Assembly (NCBI GenBank): GCA_963836425.1
Contig: CAWIJJ010000007.1
Location: 178,851 to 242,850, forward strand
Direction: 5' to 3'
Origin: Bryobacterales bacterium
GTDB lineage: Bacteria > Acidobacteriota > Terriglobia > Bryobacterales > Bryobacteraceae
Length of the DNA stretch: 64,000 bases
How positions within the stretch are numbered: position 1 is the stretch's first letter; every line of letters begins with the position of its first letter. Below are positions 55,746 to 64,000 of the stretch, piece after piece. The position numbers and the translations under genes were made by a program. The notes beneath the pieces are model-generated. The model was not told the origin of the DNA. It worked only from the letters and a program-made list of their open reading frames with translations, and did no database searches.

Positions 55746-57686
55746 CTACTGCCGGGGCGCAGCAGCCGGGGGCGGTTGCGGGGCCGGCGGGTTGGCGGGG
55801 ATTGGGCTGGGCGGCCGCGATACCACTCCGCGATAGGCTTCGTCGATCGAAACGTCGTGGTTGGTCAAAATCTGTCCGGTGGAGCGTTCGAGGTCCACGG
55901 TCGCCTTGGCGTAAGCGGCTTTGGCCGCCACCTCATTCGATTCGGCCAGGGTGAGGGCCTGCTGGTCCTGAATCACCAGGTAGATGGTGGACGCTCCGAG
56001 CTCCAGTTTCTTCTGCTCCGCATCCAGGGTCTGGGCCTGCAAGGTGCGCTGTTTGGTCGCGTTCTGATACTGGGCGCGGGCCTGGGTCAGGGCGATGAGG
56101 GCATTCTGCACGTCGACGCGCACCTGGTTTTCCTGGCGCTGAAGGCCGAGCTGCTGCTGGCGATAGGTGAGCTCGTCGTTCACCACCTGGGCCTGGGCGG
56201 TCCGGTTGCGGAGCGGGATATTCAGGTTGAAGCCCATGCCGTAGTTGGGGAAGTTGCGCGCGAACAACTGGCTGAGCACGGTTCCATATCCGCCGACGAA
56301 GAAGGGATTGTTGCTGTGAACCGTTCCGGCGGGAGCGGGGAGCAGGTTGGGCTGTCCGGCGAGGGCGTTGTTGGTGAGGTTCACGAACAGGTCCACGGAA
56401 GGCAACAGCGCGCTCTTGGAGCCTTTGATGGTCAACTCCTGGTTGCGCATCTGAATCCTGGTTTGGGACAGCTCGGGGCGCGAAGAGAGCGCCATCGCCA
56501 CCATGTCCTGGATGGGCGAAACAGGCTCCACGGCGGGGATGTTGATCTGGTCGGTGGGGATGATGTGGGCGGCGGCTATGGAGGGGCTGGCCACGCCGGT
56601 GCGGCTGAGGGCCGTCTTCAGGATCGTTTCCTGCTGGAGCACGCGGGTCTGGGCGAGGGTGAGCTGCTGTTCGCTCAACGCCACCTGGGCCTCGGCGCGC
56701 GTGACCTCGATGGGCGCCAGGGTGCCGACTTCCACCTGGAGCTGATTGTCCTGAAAAAGCTTGGTGGCGGAGGCGACGGCCTCGCGGGCCACACGGACGT
56801 TTTCGTTGAAAGCGACCAGGTCCCAATAGAGGTTCATGATGGCGGCGACGGTGGTCTGCACCTGGAGCTTGAAGGTGAGGTCGGAGACCTCGCGGTTGTT
56901 GCGGGCGATCTTGATCTGGCGCGAATTGACACCCGGTCCGAAGCCCTGCAAGAGGCGCTGGGTGACGGAAAGGGCGAGCGAACCGCTGGTGGACGGGTTG
57001 AAGTCGTTGCGGAGACTGTTGCTGGTGACCGAGTTGTTGTTCATCCCGAGGTTGACCGAAGTGCCGGTCAGGAAGCCTTTCTGCACGCCGAAATTGCGGA
57101 TGTCCTGGCGCTGGATGAGGAAGTTGGTGCCGGTGATGAAGGCGCTGCTCTGGGGTGTTGTATTGTGGGCCCAGCTGAGCGTGCCGGTGAGGACGGGGTC
57201 GAGGTTGGGAATTGCGGGCCCGGTGTTGCCGCCGCCCGCGCCTCCGCCTCCGGCCACGGCCGTGCTCTGGAGGGGCGCTCCCACTGCGTTCACCGAGGCG
57301 CTGCTCGGTCCGGAGGTGACGGCGGTTGAGATGTTGCGGGCCGAGGCGCCGGCTTCGGAGGCAAAGATGGCCGTGTCGGCAATCTGCGGACCGTAGCGCT
57401 GGATGGCGATGTCGAGATTGTTCTCGAGCCCGAGGGCGATGGCGTCCTGCAAGGAGAGATAGAGATTTCCGCCGCGCAGCAGTTGTTCGATGCGGCCGGA
57501 GTTGGCCAGGCTGGGAGGCGGAATTTCGGGCGCATGGTAGGGATTGGTGAACCTGCCGATGAGGCCGTGGGATTCGCGCTGGCTGAGCGGACCGACAGCC
57601 TGTGGCGGATTGGGCGCGTCCGCCGCAAATACTCCAGTGGGCGCCGCCAGAATCACGGCGCATAGTAAAGACAGATGGCGTTTCAT
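55746..57686 (-). CDS. TolC-family outer-membrane efflux protein
   Basis: Signal peptide MKRHLSLLCAVILAAPTGVFA. LSLQDAIALGLENNLDIAIQRY is the typical TolC N-terminal repeat start, and the second repeat begins VSPIQDMVAMALSSRPEL. A Gly/Ala/Ser-rich insertion follows the first helix. Confidence 0.85.
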   Translation of the reverse strand: MKRHLSLLCAVILAAPTGVFAADAPNPPQAVGPLSQRESHGLIGRFTNPYHAPEIPPPSLANSGRIEQLLRGGNLYLSLQDAIALGLENNLDIAIQRYGPQIADTAIFASEAGASARNISTAVTSGPSSASVNAVGAPLQSTAVAGGGGAGGGNTGPAIPNLDPVLTGTLSWAHNTTPQSSAFITGTNFLIQRQDIRNFGVQKGFLTGTSVNLGMNNNSVTSNSLRNDFNPSTSGSLALSVTQRLLQGFGPGVNSRQIKIARNNREVSDLTFKLQVQTTVAAIMNLYWDLVAFNENVRVAREAVASATKLFQDNQLQVEVGTLAPIEVTRAEAQVALSEQQLTLAQTRVLQQETILKTALSRTGVASPSIAAAHIIPTDQINIPAVEPVSPIQDMVAMALSSRPELSQTRIQMRNQELTIKGSKSALLPSVDLFVNLTNNALAGQPNLLPAPAGTVHSNNPFFVGGYGTVLSQLFARNFPNYGMGFNLNIPLRNRTAQAQVVNDELTYRQQQLGLQRQENQVRVDVQNALIALTQARAQYQNATKQRTLQAQTLDAEQKKLELGASTIYLVIQDQQALTLAESNEVAAKAAYAKATVDLERSTGQILTNHDVSIDEAYRGVVSRPPSPIPANPPAPQPPPAAAPRQ

Positions 57687-57770
57687 TTCAGGCATGGATG
57701 CACTCCCGACCCGCATTTCCCTGTGAGACTTCGAAGCTCAGGTATAAGTTCAATGTTATGCTAGCGCTTT

Positions 57771-58364
57771 GTGAAGCCGCAAGCCGACGCGATTCTGGAC
57801 CTGTTCCGCTCCACGGGCGCCTACCTCGAAGGGCACTTCCGCCTGACCAGCGGGCTGCACAGCGGCGTTTACCTGCAATGCGCCCTGGTGTTGCAGCATC
57901 CGGGAGCGGCGGAAGAACTGGGACGTCTGCTGGCGGAGCAACTTCGGGCGGCAGCGCCGGGGCGGATCGACCTGGTGGTTTCGCCGGCGCTGGGCGGAAT
58001 CGTGATCGGGCACGAGGTGGCGCGCGCCCTGGGCACGCGCTTCCTGTTCACGGAGCGCGACCCGGCCACCAAACAGATGCTGCTGCGCCGCGGCTTCACG
58101 GTAGCGCCGGGCGAGGTGGCGGTGGTGGTGGAAGATGTAATCACCACGGGGGGCAGCACGCAGGACGTGATCCGCACGTTGCAGGAAGGCGGGGTGACGG
58201 TGGCCGCCGCGGGATCGATTATCGACCGGAGCGGCGGACGCGCGGATGTGGGGATCCGGCGGGTGGCCCTGGCAACGATGGAGATGGCCGCGCATTATCC
58301 GGAGGAGTGTCCGCTGTGCCGGCAGGGACTTCCAGTGTTCAAGCCGGGCTCGCGCCCGGTGTGA
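57771..58364 (+). CDS. pyrE: orotate phosphoribosyltransferase
   Basis: GHFRLTSGLHSGVYLQC and the PRPP-binding loop VAVVVEDVITTGGST. GTG start. Confidence 0.9.
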   Translation: MKPQADAILDLFRSTGAYLEGHFRLTSGLHSGVYLQCALVLQHPGAAEELGRLLAEQLRAAAPGRIDLVVSPALGGIVIGHEVARALGTRFLFTERDPATKQMLLRRGFTVAPGEVAVVVEDVITTGGSTQDVIRTLQEGGVTVAAAGSIIDRSGGRADVGIRRVALATMEMAAHYPEECPLCRQGLPVFKPGSRPV

Positions 58365-59092
58365 TGCGGCGCATCAAGATCACGCTGGCGTACGACGGCG
58401 GTCCTTTCCACGGGTGGCAGGTTCAGCCCGGGCTGCCCACGGTGCAGGGTGTTCTCGAGGAAATTGTGTCGGGCATCGAGGGGAGGCCGGTGCACGTGGC
58501 GGGTTCGGGGCGTACGGACGCGGGCGTGCACGCGCTGGGACAGGTGGCCGCCTTCACCCTGTCCAACCCGATTCCGCTGACCAACCTGCGGCGCGCGGTC
58601 AACCGGCTGCTGCCGGCCGCGGTCCGGGTTCTTTCGGCCGAAGAGGCGCACGCCGACTTTCATCCTCGCTTCCATGCGCTTGCGAAAACTTACGAGTATC
58701 GCATCTGGCGGGCGGAAGTCTGTAGCCCTTTCGAGTGGCCGTACGTGTACCATCATCCTTACCCGCTGAACGAAGACAGTATGTGCCGGATGGCGGCGGC
58801 GTTTGAAGGGGAGCAAGATTTCACGGCCTTTGCGGCTTCCGACGAGCGCGACGCAGAGGGCCGCTCGAAGGTCCGCACGGTTTTTTCCTCGCGGGTGGAA
58901 CGGAGTCCGGGACGGCTGGTGTACCGGGTGCGCGGCAGCGGCTTCCTGAAACACATGGTTCGCAACCTGGTGGGCACGCTGATCGAGGCGGGGCGCGGAA
59001 ACATTGCGGACCTGGACCGGCTGCCGGCGCGTTCGGGCCCGACGGCGCCGGCACGCGGACTGTTCCTGGTCAACGTGGAGTATCCGGAATGA
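58364..59092 (+). CDS. truA: tRNA pseudouridine(38-40) synthase
   Basis: MRRIKITLAYDGGPFHGWQVQPG...VAGSGRTDAGVHALGQVA (catalytic Asp motif). The ATG overlaps the pyrE TGA (TGATG). Only the last 242 codons of track ORF 57602..59092 are real. Confidence 0.95.
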   Translation: MRRIKITLAYDGGPFHGWQVQPGLPTVQGVLEEIVSGIEGRPVHVAGSGRTDAGVHALGQVAAFTLSNPIPLTNLRRAVNRLLPAAVRVLSAEEAHADFHPRFHALAKTYEYRIWRAEVCSPFEWPYVYHHPYPLNEDSMCRMAAAFEGEQDFTAFAASDERDAEGRSKVRTVFSSRVERSPGRLVYRVRGSGFLKHMVRNLVGTLIEAGRGNIADLDRLPARSGPTAPARGLFLVNVEYPE

Positions 59093-59751
59093 CCGCGCAG
59101 GAAGTGCTCGACTCGCTGCGGGCGCACGCGAATCCCGCCAATGTGGCCGGCATGGCGCGGTACGGGATCAACACGGAAGGGACGCTGGGCATTCCGATAC
59201 CGGTGCTGCGCGGGCTTGGCCGCAAGGTGGGGCGCGATCACGCGCTGGCGATGGAGCTGTGGGATTCGGGCATTCACGAGGCGCGGATTCTGGCGAGCCT
59301 GGTAGCCGATCCGGCTCGCATGACGCGGCGCGAGGCCGACCGCTGGGTGCGGGATTTCGATTCCTGGGACGTGTGCGACCAGGTGTGCGGCAATCTCTTC
59401 CGGTACACGCCGTTTGCGATGGAGAAGGCGACCGCGTGGGCGCGCGGCAAGCCGGAGTTTACGCGGCGGGCCGGCTTTTCGCTGATGGCGGGGCTGGCGG
59501 TGAAGGCGAAGGACGCGGCGGACGGGCATTTCGAAAGCTTGTTCCCGTTCATTGTGGAGGCCGCGACGGATGAGCGGAACATGGTCAGGAAGGCCGTGAA
59601 CTGGGCGTTGCGGCAGATTGGAAAGCGCAATGCGCGGCTGCGCGCGAAGGCCATCGCGGCGGCGGAGGAGATTGCCCGGATCGATTCGCGCGCGGCGCGC
59701 TGGATCGCCTCGGATGCGCTGCGGGAACTGCGCCGCTGCGGGACTCGGTAG
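59089..59751 (+). CDS. DNA alkylation repair protein (AlkD/HEAT-repeat family)
   Basis: ...GMARYGINTEGTLGIPIPVLR...LWDSGIHEARILA...WDVCDQVC...ERNMVRKAVNWALRQIGKRN is typical of the DNA_alkylation family. Confidence 0.75.
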   Translation: MTAQEVLDSLRAHANPANVAGMARYGINTEGTLGIPIPVLRGLGRKVGRDHALAMELWDSGIHEARILASLVADPARMTRREADRWVRDFDSWDVCDQVCGNLFRYTPFAMEKATAWARGKPEFTRRAGFSLMAGLAVKAKDAADGHFESLFPFIVEAATDERNMVRKAVNWALRQIGKRNARLRAKAIAAAEEIARIDSRAARWIASDALRELRRCGTR

Positions 59752-60106
59752 CGGCCGGCGGCATTGCCGATGAGGCCGCGGCAACTCCGGGCGACGGGCG
59801 GTCGAAACGAGTTGGCCCCTTTATGTAATAAGACAATCCCCGGCCCGACCGGTGTCTCGTGCTCGACAGTCAGACACCTGTAAAGGGTTCATGCGGGAGG
59901 TGGGCCTACCACTTCCGTGAACGCCGTTTGGGGACCGCATTGGTCGGGCGATGGGAATGGCTTTTCATGCTGCAACACGTGAAGTCGTCTCGCGCTTGCA
60001 GCCGCTGACGGCGCCGCGCTATGCTTCGGAAAGGTCAATACGGGCGGCTGGGCAAACCGCTGAGCTACGCGGGGAGGGAGAAGAAGCTGGGTACCGCCAC
60101 GACAAC

Positions 60107-60832
60107 ATGAACGGACCTCGCGACTTTGCCACCACCCACTGGAGTCTCGTGCTGGCGGCAAAACCCGACCAGGCGAGTGAGACACTCGCCCGAACGGCGC
60201 TTGAGGAGCTTTGCAGAGCTTACTGGTATCCGCTGTACGCCTTTGTGCGCGATCGCGGATATTCATCCGAAGACGCACAGGACCTCACCCAAGCGTTCCT
60301 TGCACGAATCGTCGAAGAAGGCGGATTCACATCCGCGAACCCGGAGCGGGGCCGGTTTCGTTCTTATCTTCTGGGTGCGATGAAGCACTTTCTGGCGAAC
60401 GAATGGCATCGGGCGCAAACGCAGAAGCGCGGCGGCGAGGTGCGGTTCATCGAGTGGGACATGCTCGATCCCGAGGCACGATACGCCGGCGCAGCGAAGC
60501 CATCGGAGGACCTGGAACTGCTCTTCGATCGCGATTGGGCGCTGGAGACAGTGGACGGAGCACTGCATGCCCTCCGCGACGAAATGGTGAAAGCGGGCAA
60601 AGGCGAACAGTTCGACGTACTGAAGGGCAGTCTCACCGGAGACGAGAAATTGCCCCGCGATGAGATTGCCGCGCGGCTGGAAATGAGTGAGGGCGCCGTC
60701 AAGGTTGCGGTGCACCGACTGCGGCAGCGTTATCGCAATCTGCTGCGCAATGCGGTTGCCGCGACGGTAGGCAATGCAGCGGACCTCGAAGATGAAATGC
60801 GCTATCTGGCGAATGTTCTAAGGAGACTGTAA
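60107..60832 (+). CDS. ECF-type RNA polymerase sigma factor (kinase-associated, ECF43-like)
   Basis: From the ATG at 60107: MNGPRDFATTHWSLVLAA...ALEELCRAYWYPLYAFVRDRGYSSEDAQDLTQAFL (sigma region 2). Then ...IAARLEMSEGAVKVAVHRLRQRYR (region 4 HTH). A Ser/Thr kinase gene follows immediately. Confidence 0.8.
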   Translation: MNGPRDFATTHWSLVLAAKPDQASETLARTALEELCRAYWYPLYAFVRDRGYSSEDAQDLTQAFLARIVEEGGFTSANPERGRFRSYLLGAMKHFLANEWHRAQTQKRGGEVRFIEWDMLDPEARYAGAAKPSEDLELLFDRDWALETVDGALHALRDEMVKAGKGEQFDVLKGSLTGDEKLPRDEIAARLEMSEGAVKVAVHRLRQRYRNLLRNAVAATVGNAADLEDEMRYLANVLRRL

Positions 60833-60889
60833 CCTCCCGGCCGGTTCCTTTCAGGAAGACGTAAAGGAACCAAGCCAGGAGATGGATAG

Positions 60890-63540
60890 ATGAACGTGCC
60901 GGAAAAGAAAAATGCCAGCGATGTGGGGCGGTGATTCCCTCGACTTCGACCGAGGAGCTCTGCCCAGCTTGTCTTCTTGTCAGGCGCCTTGGAGCCGTCC
61001 GATGACCAGGCCGAGACCATCACGGTAGCGCCGGCAGGGCCGCTCTCTCTGCACGGGCCGTCGGAATTCCCTTGCGAATTCGGCGACTACCGGTTGCTGG
61101 GGCTGCTCGGGCGCGGCGGAATGGGCGCCGTGTATGAGGCCGAGCAACTCTCTACCGGCCGCCGTCTGGCTCTGAAGATGCTCGGGCGGCAGCTCGATTC
61201 GCCGGACATGCGCCAGCGGTTTCTGCGCGAAGGCCGCCTCGCGGCGCGTGTCAACCATCCGAATAGTCTCTACATTTTCGGCAGCGAGGAAATCGAAGGC
61301 CACCCCGTGATCACGATGGAGATCGTCGGTGGCGGCACGCTCAAGGACAAACTCAAGCAACGCGGCCCTCTGCCCGTGAAAGAGGCGGTGGACGCCATTC
61401 TCGAGGTCATTTCCGGCCTGGAATCCGCCTTCGCGAACGGCGTGCTCCACCGCGACGTCAAGCCATCCAACTGCTTCGTCTCACCCGATGGTTCGGTGAA
61501 GGTGGGTGATTTCGGCCTATCGGTTTCTACGCTGGCCAAGACCGACACCTTCGTAACGGCTCACGGCGTGAAGATCATGGGTACTCCGGCCTTTGCCTCG
61601 CCCGAACAGTTGCGGGGTGACACGCTGGACGTGCGCGCCGACATCTACTCGGTTGGCGCCACGCTGTTCACGCTGCTTACCGACCGGCCGCCGTTCGAAG
61701 GAGATAACGCGGTTCAGGTGGTGGCCAACGCCGTCAACCAGGAGCCGCCGCCGTTGGATGAATTGCGGAAAGACGTGCCGCCGGCACTGGCGCGGGTCGT
61801 CCGTCGCTGTCTCGCCAAAGAACCGGACCGGCGCTACACCAGCTACGCCGCCCTGCGAAACGCACTGCTACCCTTCAGTTCGAGGGAACCGGAGCCGGCG
61901 TCCATGAAGGTCCGGGCGTCCGCCGGCTGGATCGATTACTTAATCGCCTTTTTGCCCGCCTACGTGACGCTGATGTTCGTAGTGGGAGCTGAGGAGTTCC
62001 TCTATCGACCTGTTGTCGAACGCACTCTGTACTCCGCCAGATACTACTTCCTTTTCTTCGGCCTCGGCTTCCTCTACTTCAGCATCTTCGAGGGGATCTG
62101 GGGCGCCGGGCTCGGCATGTGGCTCAAGGGGTTGCAGGTCGTTCGGCGAGACGGCCGCCGGCCAGGAGTTGGCCGGGCCTTGCTGCGGATCTTCATCCCC
62201 ATTCTGTCGGTCGAAGGTGTCCGGATGCCCCTATCGATGGTGCTGTTTCCCAACACCGATTGGACCGTGCTTCAGATCGTGATGTTTATCAGTAGTTGCC
62301 AACATCTGCGGTTGGATTCCGGCCTTGTTGACGTTGACGGCGCGGCGGGAGAACGGCTTTGCCACCGTATGGGACCTCGCCAGCGGAACCAGGGTAATCG
62401 TGAAGCCGAAGGGCACGAAGCGGCCGTCGATTGAACCTGTAGTCCAGGCGGAGAATCCGCCCACCGGCGCAAATTCGCTCGGGCCCTACCAGATCGTTGA
62501 GGAGATGATTCCTGGGAAGTGGATCCTTGGCGTGGACCCCGTGCTGCGCCGGCCGGTCTGGCTGCTGCGGACCGCATCGGAGCTCTCCCGCGCGCGGCGA
62601 GACGTCGCGCGGCCCGGCCGTCTGCGCTGGCTCCAGAAGGTCGAAGCGGATGGAGCCGCCTGGGATGCCTTTGAGGCAATTCCGGGAGTGCCGTTTTCCG
62701 GTTTGGCCGAAGGCAGGAAACACGTGCCCTGGTCCACCCTTCGCCACTGGCTCCATGATCTGGCCGCGGAACTATGGGCTGCCACAGGAGATCAGACCTT
62801 GCCCGCGGCGCTGAGCCTCGACTATGTCTGGATCACGGCGGACGGACGCGCCGTCCTGCTCGACGAACCCTGGCCTGACGTCAAAGCCCCTGCCGAGACC
62901 ATCCCGGTAGGCGACCTCGCCGGTCAGCAGCGCTTCCTGAACCTTGTCGCCGCCTGCGTGGAATCCACGAGTCTGCCGCTTCACGCCAGACCCGTGTTGC
63001 GGAACCTCAAAGATGGGAAGTTGGAGAAGCTGAGCTTCCTCACCGGCACGCTTCGTGGACTGCTCGACCGGCCGGCGGAGGTTGGGAGGGGAATTCGAGC
63101 GGGCGCGATCTTCATGCTGCCCCTCTACATTTGGATCATGTTCTTTGTCGGATACTTCCAGGACAAGCCGTTGAACGAACCGCTGAGCGCGATCGTCTTC
63201 GTCTCCGCCGTCATCCTTGCGGGCGCCGCGCTCATCCAACTCCTGGAGACTCCCATTCCGCAGCACCGTCGGCCACGCGATCTTCCGGTTGGCGGTGATC
63301 AACGCCAAAGGGGCGCCGGCCTCCCGATCGCACCTGCTGGTTCGTTGGGCGATCATTTGGCTGCCGCTGTTGCTACCCGCGGCGCTCGTGGCTCTGTGGT
63401 TGGACAGAGTTGAAGGGATCGCTGTAGTCTTCTTTTTCCTGCTGCTTCTCCTGTGGGTCGGCGCGGCGGCTTACGTCGTCGTTAATCCCCACCGCGGATT
63501 CCACGACCGGCTGGCGCGGACTTGGGTTGTGCGACAGTGA
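60890..63540 (+). pseudogene. Zn-ribbon / Ser-Thr protein kinase / double-RDD membrane protein, broken by at least four frameshifts
   Basis: Pieces: MNVPEKK (frame 2); KCQRCGAVIPSTSTEELCPACLL (frame 1); the kinase domain in track ORF 60977..62434 (GRGGMGAVYEA, ALK, HRDVKPSN, DFG, GTPAFASPE) plus the first RDD domain; the middle domain in track ORF 62325..63413; the second RDD domain in track ORF 63217..63540 (...NPHRGFHDRLARTWVVRQ). Total length minus the net indels gives an integral 883 codons. Confidence 0.75.
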
Positions 63541-63647
63541 GGCGCGGACAAGCCGACCAGAGTCGAAAGCTCGTCTTCAGCGCAGCCCGGACTGCTCAAG
63601 GGAACCCTGTTCGCAACGTCGTGCTCCGAAGTATTACACTTCGAGTC

Positions 63648-64000
63648 ATGGTGAAAAAGGGCATTCTGGGCCTGATCCTCGTCTCCACGGCATTGGCGGC
63701 GGGGCCGGCGCGCATCATTTTCGACACGGACATGGGGAACGACGTGGACGATGCGATTGCGCTGGCGGTGCTGCACGCGCTCGAATCGCGCGGCGAATCG
63801 CGGCTGCTGGCGGTGACGCTCAGCAAGGCCGATGGCTACGGCGCGCCGTTCGTTTCGCTGTTCAACCAGTACTACGGACGGCCGGACATTCCGATCGGCG
63901 TGGTGCGGAACGGAAAGACGCCGGAGGACGGCAACTACACCAAAGCCGTCGCGGGGCTGCGCAAGCCCGACAATTCGCCGCTGTACCCGCGGCGGGTCGC
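63648..64000 (+). CDS. inosine/uridine-preferring nucleoside hydrolase family protein, secreted (5' part; runs off window)
   Basis: Own translation from the ATG at 63648: MVKKGILGLILVSTALAAGPARIIFDTDMGNDVDDAIALAVLHALESRGE... It contains the N-terminal DxDxxxDDxxAL metal/ribose-binding motif. Confidence 0.7.
   Translation, partial: MVKKGILGLILVSTALAAGPARIIFDTDMGNDVDDAIALAVLHALESRGESRLLAVTLSKADGYGAPFVSLFNQYYGRPDIPIGVVRNGKTPEDGNYTKAVAGLRKPDNSPLYPRRV

Noticed and set aside
57602-58363. The N-terminal 254 codons of the 496-aa track ORF 57602..59092.
   Set aside because: This part overlaps pyrE in another frame and the TolC-like gene start, and translates to Arg/Gly/Ala-rich nonsense. The truA homology begins exactly at the ATG at 58364.

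Overview
Visibly GC-rich bacterial chromosomal segment. I saw no rRNA, tRNA, CRISPR array or transposase. All family calls come from motif recognition by eye on the supplied translations and my own re-translations; no database search was possible.

It looks acidobacterial (Solibacter/Bryobacter-like). The pointers are a decayed member of the Acidobacteria-expanded TIGR03435 family, a CarboxypepD_reg repeat protein, tandem MacB/FtsX permease paralogs and a CE15 glucuronoyl esterase.

I support about 55 protein genes:
- Transport: MacB-type permeases, an RND adaptor plus pump, MFS, CDF, AqpZ and a TolC-like protein.
- Carbohydrate esterases: a CE15 plus SGNH pair.
- Signalling: a LytS/LytTR pair, two large hybrid histidine kinases, and an ECF sigma factor plus Ser/Thr kinase.
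- Housekeeping: ftsB, cutA, uppS, cdsA, pyrE, truA, and lhr-nei.
- A Doc/AbrB toxin-antitoxin pair.

Most interesting regions:
1. A compact five-gene operon (47.2-52.0 kb). It joins serine palmitoyltransferase, a GNAT-type acyltransferase, a sphingomyelin/IPC-synthase-like PAP2 protein, an epimerase-family reductase and a DUF3047-like protein. I read it as a self-contained phospho-sphingolipid cassette.
2. A lower-GC cassette (9.6-12.6 kb) with a near-consensus sigma70-type promoter. It drives an unrecognisable 316-aa protein translationally coupled to a B12-binding radical SAM enzyme, and a Doc toxin-antitoxin pair lies next to it.
3. A PspA/IM30 operon (30.1-33.4 kb) with a YjfI/YbjN-like protein, a TM-DUF4178-like protein and an uncharacterised 490-aa exported protein.
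4. A diverged ~180-bp tandem duplication of double-hairpin REP-like elements (29.8-30.15 kb).

At least eight apparent frameshifts interrupt otherwise excellent genes. Four of them fall in one Zn-ribbon/kinase/RDD gene. Seven of the eight behave like single-base insertions. Indel errors in the assembly must therefore be excluded before any of these is called a pseudogene.
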